From an uncultured Candidatus Saccharibacteria bacterium (lineage in GTDB: Bacteria; Patescibacteriota; Minisyncoccia; Phycocordibacterales; UBA9973): a DNA stretch of 64,000 nucleotides. The translations under genes were made by a program, and so were the position numbers. Each line of letters starts with the position of its first letter. Positions within the stretch are counted from its first letter, which is position 1. Shown one piece after another: positions 1 through 6,085 of this stretch. The stretch spans positions 1,818 through 65,817 of the forward strand of contig CAZVHB010000001.1 in assembly GCA_964626965.1 (NCBI GenBank). The letters run 5' to 3'. The notes under the pieces are model-generated. The model made no database searches, had not been told where the DNA came from, and was given only the letters and a program-made list of their open reading frames with translations.

Positions 1-32
1 CCAACATAGAGAATTTAATTTTTAGAAACAAC

Positions 33-64
33 AAAAAAGAGACACATACTGTGTCTCTTTTTTG
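33..64. terminator. Bidirectional rho-independent terminator (hairpin aagagacac-atact-gtgtctctt flanked by an A-run and a T-run)
   Basis: Perfect 9-bp stem with a 5-nt loop, A6 upstream and T7 downstream. It lies just beyond the recG stop. Confidence 0.6.
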
Positions 65-67
65 TAT

Positions 68-183
68 TGTCATTCCGGATGAGGTGAATTGCGAAGCAAG
101 AGAGTATACCCTGGGGTACTTGATCCGGAATCTAGGACTATTCATTTCAAAACTCTGGATTCCGGATCGAGTCCGGAATGACA
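68..183. repeat. Palindromic two-hairpin repeat element (MITE/REP-like), copy A (116 bp with an internal ~37-bp insertion)
   Basis: TGTCATTCCGGA...TCCGGAATGACA terminal inverted repeats. Each arm is itself a hairpin (attccgga-N5-tccggaat). Same family as 2998-3074, 52041-52117 and 63621-63696. Confidence 0.8.
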
Positions 184-228
184 CCCTTATGGATTTTTTT
201 ATTTTTATACTAAGGGTATATTACCTCT

Positions 229-2388
229 CTACTCAAAATGATGACTGATATAGTTCTGTGGAATGTATCCACCATCGATCACTTCTTTTGCTTCTTTTTG
301 TGCAGCTTCGACGAGTTTGATATTTTTGAGTGCCATCATACCGAGGTCTGAGATTCCCCATTGTTTCGTACCGGTGAGTTCTCCTGGACCGCGTGTTTCG
401 AGATCGAACTCGGCAAGTTCAAATCCATTTTTCGCTTGGGTAAAATGTTTCATACGAGTCTGTGTCTTTTCACTCTTTGATTCACAAAAAAGAAAACAGT
501 ATGGCTGTACGGAACTACGCTGAACTCGTCCGCGAAGTTGATGAAGTTGTGAAAGTCCAAATCGCTCTGCACCTTCAATGACGATGATCGTTGCATTTGG
601 GACATTCACTCCAACTTCAACAACAGATGTTGCGACGAGAATATCAATATGACCTTCTGTAAATTGCTTCATGACTTTTTCCTTTTCTATCTTGGTCATC
701 TTGGAGTGGAGACCGGCAATTTTTTGTTTTGGAAAGATTTTCTCTTGGAGTATTTTTACTTCTTGTGTAACAGAGCGCATCTGTAGTGCATTTTCTACTC
801 CCTCATCAGGCTCATCAATACGTGGACAGATGATATACGCTTGGCGACCTTCTTGTATCTTATCTGCGATAAAGTCATACATTTCTTGACGCTTTGGTGG
901 GAGAACAACTTTTGTTTCTACTACCTTTCGTCCTTTTGGAAGTTCATCGAGAAGTGTCAGGTCGAGTCCACCATAGATCGTGAGCGCAAGTGTTCGAGGA
1001 ATAGGAGTAGCGGTCATAGAAAGCAGGTGTGGCATATTGGTATCTTTTTTGGCGAGCATCTTGCGCTGATTTGCACCAAAGCGATGTTGTTCATCGATGA
1101 TCGTGAGTGCGAGATGTTTGAAGACGACACTCTTTTGAATGAGTGAATGTGTTCCGATAACGATACTGATTTCACCACTTGCGACCCATTTACCGAGTTG
1201 AGCTTTGGAAATTGTTGTCCATGTTGATACTTTTTCTCCAGCTTTATTACTTTTGGTTTCAACTTTCGATGGAAATTTCCGACAAGAGTTACTGGTGAGA
1301 AGTCCGATAGAGATACCTGTGTGACGGAAGTATTCAATGAAACTTTCAAATTGTTGTACAGCGAGGATCTCCGTTGGTGCCATGTAACCGACTTGAAGTG
1401 TCCCAAAGTTTTGATCTTTAGGACGTGTCTGTATCGCACTGTAGGCTGCACATGCAGCGACAAAGGTCTTTCCAGATCCGACATCTCCTTCGAGGAGGCG
1501 ACTCATCGGAAAACTTCGACTCATATCAGAGAGAATATCCCCGATAGATTTCTTTTGTGCAGTCGTTGCACCGAAAGGAAATCGATCGATGAAGTCTTGG
1601 ATATCAGTAATTTTTTTATCAATTGGGTACGCTTTTGTTTTTGCTAAAATCTTTTTTTCATACTGCGCGACGAGTTGGATTTTGTATATTTCTTCAAACG
1701 CAAATCTTTTTTGTGCAGCATCTCGATGGTTGTCATTTTGTGGCATATGGATCCAGACGATGGCCGTGGTTTTTTTCGGAAGTGTATATTTTTTTAAAAT
1801 TGCATCCGGTATTGGATCAACGAGTGTTTCGTGAATTCCAAGCTGGATAAGTTTTTTCACTGCGTGATACATCCACTTTGAGGTCACACCTTTACTTTCT
1901 TTATAGATAGGGAAGCCATACTGATTTTCACTGTCGTCATTTTTGAAGAGTGAGTCATGTGTGTCGATCGGTAGATTTTGAATATGTTCAATTTCTGGAT
2001 TGAGGAGTTTCTTTTTATTGTTGTAGACAGATACTTTTCCTGACACTTTCACATACTGACCCTCGTGATACATTTTGGCGATGTACTGCTGATTGAACCA
2101 GATGAGCTCGATATCAGTGCCTTCCATGTCAGTGAGTGTCGCTTTGGCTTGTAGTTTTTTGGTCGTATATGAGCGTCCGAGTTCTATTTTTTTGATAACA
2201 CCGTGAATCGTAACGTAGTCGCCATCAAGTACCGCATCGATAGTTTTAAATGCTGAGAGGTGAGAATACCTGACAGGGAAGTAGGTCAGGAGGTCTTGTG
2301 CTGTTATGAGTCCTATTTTCTCGAGCGCCTTTTTGTGTTCAGGTACGAGTTTGAAGAGTTTTACGAGTAATGTAGCGCCGTTGTCCAT
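229..2388 (-). CDS. recG: ATP-dependent DNA helicase RecG
   Basis: Walker A GDVGSGKT, DEQHRFG, LLSMTATPIPRTL and the N-terminal wedge domain. The start is probably the ATG at 2388 or 2394 (the ORF track extends to 2409), because TATACT immediately precedes it. Confidence 0.9.
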   Translation of the reverse strand: MDNGATLLVKLFKLVPEHKKALEKIGLITAQDLLTYFPVRYSHLSAFKTIDAVLDGDYVTIHGVIKKIELGRSYTTKKLQAKATLTDMEGTDIELIWFNQQYIAKMYHEGQYVKVSGKVSVYNNKKKLLNPEIEHIQNLPIDTHDSLFKNDDSENQYGFPIYKESKGVTSKWMYHAVKKLIQLGIHETLVDPIPDAILKKYTLPKKTTAIVWIHMPQNDNHRDAAQKRFAFEEIYKIQLVAQYEKKILAKTKAYPIDKKITDIQDFIDRFPFGATTAQKKSIGDILSDMSRSFPMSRLLEGDVGSGKTFVAACAAYSAIQTRPKDQNFGTLQVGYMAPTEILAVQQFESFIEYFRHTGISIGLLTSNSCRKFPSKVETKSNKAGEKVSTWTTISKAQLGKWVASGEISIVIGTHSLIQKSVVFKHLALTIIDEQHRFGANQRKMLAKKDTNMPHLLSMTATPIPRTLALTIYGGLDLTLLDELPKGRKVVETKVVLPPKRQEMYDFIADKIQEGRQAYIICPRIDEPDEGVENALQMRSVTQEVKILQEKIFPKQKIAGLHSKMTKIEKEKVMKQFTEGHIDILVATSVVEVGVNVPNATIIVIEGAERFGLSQLHQLRGRVQRSSVQPYCFLFCESKSEKTQTRMKHFTQAKNGFELAEFDLETRGPGELTGTKQWGISDLGMMALKNIKLVEAAQKEAKEVIDGGYIPQNYISHHFE

Positions 2389-2394
2389 AGCCAT

Positions 2395-2410
2395 AGTATA
2401 CCCCCACACC
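2395..2410 (-). promoter_or_regulatory. GGTGTGGGGGTATACT promoter-proximal motif abutting the recG start (left arm of a 24-bp inverted pair)
   Basis: The reverse complement reads tatatataGGTGTGGGGGTATACT-ATG. The same 16-mer recurs at 20460 and 11583, and the partner arm is at 2494-2517. Confidence 0.5.
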
Positions 2411-2500
2411 TATATATATAATAGTGGACATTTTTCAGATTTGTATTTTTTTTGGTTACTAAATTTTTGTATTACTTACAATAAAGTAGCCCTATATATA

Positions 2501-2516
2501 GGTATCGGGGTATACT
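2501..2516 (+). promoter_or_regulatory. GGTATCGGGGTATACT motif, right arm of the inverted pair, 6 nt upstream of the ATG at 2523
   Basis: tatatataGGTATCGGGGTATACT differs from the reverse complement of 2403-2426 at 3 of 24 positions. TATACT-N6-ATG. Confidence 0.5.
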
Positions 2517-2522
2517 ACATGT

Positions 2523-2981
2523 ATGATGTTGCGAAAGAAACGGAGAATAGGTTGGCTTGTCCTGTTTGCAGGATTTTCTCTGCTCGTTTTGTATTTTCTT
2601 TTTCTTGATACTCATAAAGCTAGTTCTTATAAAACAACAGTAATCACACTTGGAGGATCGGTATATACTGTCGCACTGGCTGATACACCAACGAAAAGAG
2701 CGCATGGGCTTTCTGATACTACACAGATCCCGTACGATGGAATGCTGTTTGTTTTTGATACACTAGATACATACAGTTTTTGGATGAAAGATATGCAGTA
2801 TCCTGTCGATTTTATATGGCTCGGTGAAGATAAAACAGTTGTTGATATGCATGAACATATTTCACCAGATACATATCCAAAGCAAATTACACCAATACAA
2901 CCAGTACTCTACGTACTTGAAGTTCCGTCTGGATTTATTCAAAGTCACGGTATTAAAAAAGGAGACTCTATTTCTTTTTAG
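2523..2981 (+). CDS. DUF192 (COG1430) domain protein with an N-terminal TM anchor
   Basis: GLS..IP.DGMLFVF...SFWMKDM..P.D.IWL, then YVLEVPSGF, as in the DUF192 family. Confidence 0.6.
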   Translation: MMLRKKRRIGWLVLFAGFSLLVLYFLFLDTHKASSYKTTVITLGGSVYTVALADTPTKRAHGLSDTTQIPYDGMLFVFDTLDTYSFWMKDMQYPVDFIWLGEDKTVVDMHEHISPDTYPKQITPIQPVLYVLEVPSGFIQSHGIKKGDSISF

Positions 2982-2997
2982 TCTACTGTTTTCCTGT

Positions 2998-3074
2998 TGT
3001 CATACCGGACTTGATCCGGTATCCAGGATTATATATTGCACAGGTCTGGATTCCGGATCAAGTCCGGAATGACA
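2998..3074. repeat. Palindromic two-hairpin repeat element, copy B (77 bp)
   Basis: tgtcataccggacttgatccggtatccagga...ctggattccggatcaagtccggaatgaca, sitting in a convergent intergenic region. Confidence 0.8.
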
Positions 3075-3109
3075 CCAAAAGAGAAGAAGTTGGTTGGAAA
3101 TGATACGAT

Positions 3110-3547
3110 CTATATTTTTTTCTGTTCTTGAACTATGTTGTGAATTCGTGCGTGTGTTCCGAGAAATCTTCCACAAAAGAGTCCTCCAATAAGGATGAGT
3201 GAAAAGTCAGAGAGTGCTTGTCCGTGTATCCAGTGTTTAAAAAGAAAGAGACGGTTTACATCGATGAAGAGGTAAATACTTAAAACAAGAATACCGAGAA
3301 TATCTAATCGTGAGGCAACTTTTTCTTTTTCAGTGTGCCAAAATAGAGTAAACGTACGACGGAGGAGGAGCCCAACACCAAGTGATAATAAAAATCCAAA
3401 CAGTGCGAGGAGGGGATTGATTCTGCCGTTGAATATGTTGATCATACTGATTATAACAATGCCGGTGATAATACCTGCAAAGATGATTTGCCGAACAAGG
3501 AGTTTTCCGTGAACTTTTTCTTGATACATTTTAACAGCGTGTTTCAT
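3110..3547 (-). CDS. Hypothetical integral membrane protein (about 4 TM helices)
   Basis: Long ORF, hydrophobic helices, no recognisable motif. Confidence 0.5.
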   Translation of the reverse strand: MKHAVKMYQEKVHGKLLVRQIIFAGIITGIVIISMINIFNGRINPLLALFGFLLSLGVGLLLRRTFTLFWHTEKEKVASRLDILGILVLSIYLFIDVNRLFLFKHWIHGQALSDFSLILIGGLFCGRFLGTHARIHNIVQEQKKI

Positions 3548-3688
3548 TGTGTGTAGTATACCAAAATATCCTTATTTCTATAAGGTTTTTGAATGTCTCG
3601 ACAGCTTGAAATAGAAGCCTTTTTTGGTGGTACTTGTGGTAAATTCCTTATAAAATAAGGGTATTTAAGACAATTTGCTCATAAATCC

Positions 3689-3717
3689 TTGACATTTAGC
3701 TCATATTATGCTAAGAT
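3689..3717 (+). promoter_or_regulatory. Sigma70-type promoter TTGACA-17-TAAGAT
   Basis: Canonical -35 hexamer with 17-bp spacer, about 110 nt upstream of the ATG at 3831. Confidence 0.5.
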
Positions 3718-3740
3718 AGAGGTAAGTCAGGTTCATTGAA

Positions 3741-3814
3741 AAAGTTTTTAAATTGTTTAAGAAAAAAGAGAAGTTCTCTTTATTTGTCTCTTTTCTTAAA
3801 CAATTTTAAAACCT
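3741..3814 (+). promoter_or_regulatory. 21-bp inverted repeat (1 mismatch) with a 25-nt spacer in the 5' leader of the 3831 gene
   Basis: aaagtttttaaattgtttaagaaaa ... ttttcttaaacaattttaaaacct. Either a leader RNA stem-loop or an operator. Confidence 0.5.
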
Positions 3815-3830
3815 CATAAAAACAATAAAC

Positions 3831-4781
3831 ATGAAAAAGATAATTCTTTTGGCGATAATCGCCTCGACCATTTTTTCTTTACCAACGTTTGCTCAGCAAA
3901 CGTACATCGCAACTGATGTAAACGGTAAGCGGATTGATTCTGTAATTTATTACAGCTTAGAATCAGCGCAAGCTGCGGCTAATGCGTATGACTTACGTCA
4001 AAAACAACAATTAACACAAACGTTCACGGCGAAAGACGAGAACGGAAATGTAATTGGAGTGTATGCTTCTCAGCTAGAGGCACAAAATGCTACTAACGCA
4101 GATTACATGAGGAGGCATCCAGCTCCTGCACAAGGTAACACAAATCAACAGCCTGCTGAAGATCCATATCTTACTCGAAAAAAAGCTCTTGATTTACAAA
4201 AGGATCAAGAAACAGTTAAAGCTTTGAAGTTGCAAAACGCTAATTCCAAAATCACTATTTTAAACAATGGTATTACTACTGTTGGAAATGGTGTGGGGAC
4301 TGGTGTTTACATTGGTCAACAGCTTGGTCTGATTGGAAATGGTGGTGGACGAGCACAGTTCAATCGCTGTCGCTATTGCAATGTTACCTATGTTGGCACT
4401 CAGCATGTATGTAATCAAAGTGGTGTTGGTGGTGTAATGCCTCCTAACAGTGGTTACAATGGTAGTTATTGCCAAGGGTGTCGCCAGACTTATTATGGCG
4501 GTAATCATTCTTGTGGTACTACTGGTTTCGGCCAGCAAACACAAGGTTGCTTTTGTACTTATTATCAAGGGCAAGGATATGTTCCTAACCAATATGGTAC
4601 GGGTACATGGTGTACTTGGAGAATGAATAGTAATGGCTCCGGGTATGGTTGGTTTCCATCAACCCAACAAGGTGGTTGTGGTAATCAATATGGTGACGGG
4701 ATGTTTCATACACCAATCATCAATCGCTTTGATAATGGAGGACCTGTTCCAGGTGCTCAATATGGTGTTCGCATTTATTAA
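3831..4781 (+). CDS. Secreted Cys/Gly/Tyr-rich protein (signal peptide ...TFAQQ)
   Basis: N-terminal signal peptide. C-terminal half has 16 Cys in CxxC/CxC-like spacing and G/Y/N-rich low complexity. Confidence 0.7.
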   Translation: MKKIILLAIIASTIFSLPTFAQQTYIATDVNGKRIDSVIYYSLESAQAAANAYDLRQKQQLTQTFTAKDENGNVIGVYASQLEAQNATNADYMRRHPAPAQGNTNQQPAEDPYLTRKKALDLQKDQETVKALKLQNANSKITILNNGITTVGNGVGTGVYIGQQLGLIGNGGGRAQFNRCRYCNVTYVGTQHVCNQSGVGGVMPPNSGYNGSYCQGCRQTYYGGNHSCGTTGFGQQTQGCFCTYYQGQGYVPNQYGTGTWCTWRMNSNGSGYGWFPSTQQGGCGNQYGDGMFHTPIINRFDNGGPVPGAQYGVRIY

Positions 4782-4803
4782 TCTTATTTCAAAACATTTT
4801 AAA

Positions 4804-4836
4804 CTGACCGTTCTTCACAGAACGGTCTTTTATTTT
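4804..4836 (+). terminator. Rho-independent terminator
   Basis: gaccgttct-TCAC-agaacggtc followed by ttttatttt. Confidence 0.7.
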
Positions 4837-4947
4837 ACCTATATATATCAATAAAAAACGAGCAGAAAGACATTGACAAATAATACTTAATATGCTATAC
4901 TCTAGACAAATAAACAATATTCCAGAAACTCTAAAAAACGATAAAAG

Positions 4948-5904
4948 ATGAAAAAGTTACTCAGTTCTTTCCCAAAAATCCTACTCATTGTAGTAGGTTT
5001 AATAAATTTTAATTACAGTGCATTTGCACAACAGCCCGCCAAGAAAAAAAATATCACGTATTCAGCCGAAGCCGAACTTGCGTACGCGCAAGTATGTGCA
5101 GATTTAAAGGCAGAAAAAGATATTTTTAATTGTAGTCCTACGCTATGGCTACAACAAATCTGTGACAATGCAGTTGAGCAAGGCTATCCGAAATCAACTC
5201 CCGGTCAAATGCTTGATGTTATTCTTGATCCGAAGCAAACTTCTTTGAAGTGGCTTACACCCGATCAAGTTATCAATAGTTATTTGATGAGCGGTGGTTT
5301 TACGGATTGCTTAGCAAAGGAGAATGGATGGTATGTATGTGTTGGAGATTGTATTTTATTTCGACTTGGGCCAACAAATTGTTTGAACCCATGTAAATCT
5401 AAAAATACTGGAACTGGTCGTTACCCTAAAAGAGAACAACCTATTCCTCCTGCACCGCCAATCACTGTTGGACCTGCAAAAGTAACAAACACCGACGTTG
5501 GACCAAATGTAACAGTTACCCAAGCACAAGCACCGCAAAATGTAGTTTCCAATAGCTATAATACATATAACTTTGGAAGTACAACAGTGTCTGCTGTACC
5601 TCAGTTGATGCCGGTTTACTGGCCTCAACAACAACAGGTCAATGTGTATCAGCAACAGGGAACTGTGGCTCCTCCGATTAGCAACCAACCTACGTGTCCT
5701 AATGGGCAACAAGGGTACTGGTACACCTATCCTGATGGACAACGCCAATGGCTTTGTCCTTCATCTGGCACAGGTATCGCCCCTGGAACAGCTCCTGGTA
5801 CTAACGGTATAGGAATCCATCCTGGAGCCCCTGTGAACACCGGTGGTGTCATTACGAATCCTGGAGCAGGCACAAATGGTATCGGCATCACTCCTGGTGG
5901 TTAA
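4948..5904 (+). CDS. Secreted protein with a Cys-containing N-terminal domain and a Pro/Gly/Thr-rich C-terminal repeat region
   Basis: Signal peptide ...SAFAQQ. C-terminus has GTAPGTNGIGIHPGAP/GAGTNGIGITPGG repeats. Confidence 0.7.
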   Translation: MKKLLSSFPKILLIVVGLINFNYSAFAQQPAKKKNITYSAEAELAYAQVCADLKAEKDIFNCSPTLWLQQICDNAVEQGYPKSTPGQMLDVILDPKQTSLKWLTPDQVINSYLMSGGFTDCLAKENGWYVCVGDCILFRLGPTNCLNPCKSKNTGTGRYPKREQPIPPAPPITVGPAKVTNTDVGPNVTVTQAQAPQNVVSNSYNTYNFGSTTVSAVPQLMPVYWPQQQQVNVYQQQGTVAPPISNQPTCPNGQQGYWYTYPDGQRQWLCPSSGTGIAPGTAPGTNGIGIHPGAPVNTGGVITNPGAGTNGIGITPGG

Positions 5905-5931
5905 TTAATTAAATTTATTAAAAAACAAGTG

Positions 5932-5970
5932 TGAGGAATTTTTGGCCTTGCCAAAAATTCCTCCCTTTTA
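5932..5970 (+). terminator. Rho-independent terminator
   Basis: gaggaatttttggc/gccaaaaattcctc stem followed by a T-rich tail. Confidence 0.6.
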
Positions 5971-6049
5971 TAAAAATCTTATTGTTTGTATAATCAATAA
6001 AATGAGGTTTTTTAGAAGAAATTTTCACACATAGTTCCGATCGAGGAGC

Positions 6050-6077
6050 TTGACATAAATTTATAAATTGATATAAT
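6050..6077 (+). promoter_or_regulatory. Sigma70 promoter TTGACA-16-TATAAT, 8 nt upstream of the ATG at 6086 (leaderless or near-leaderless)
   Basis: Exact consensus hexamers. Confidence 0.7.
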
Positions 6078-6085
6078 AGCTTTAT

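Noticed and set aside
51-248. Short ORFs overlapping repeat copies A, B and C (51-248, 2824-3072, the 5' extension of 52036)
   Set aside because: They are translations of the palindromic repeat element. The frames differ between copies, and copy C only extends the permease ORF upstream of its genuine ATG at 52132.
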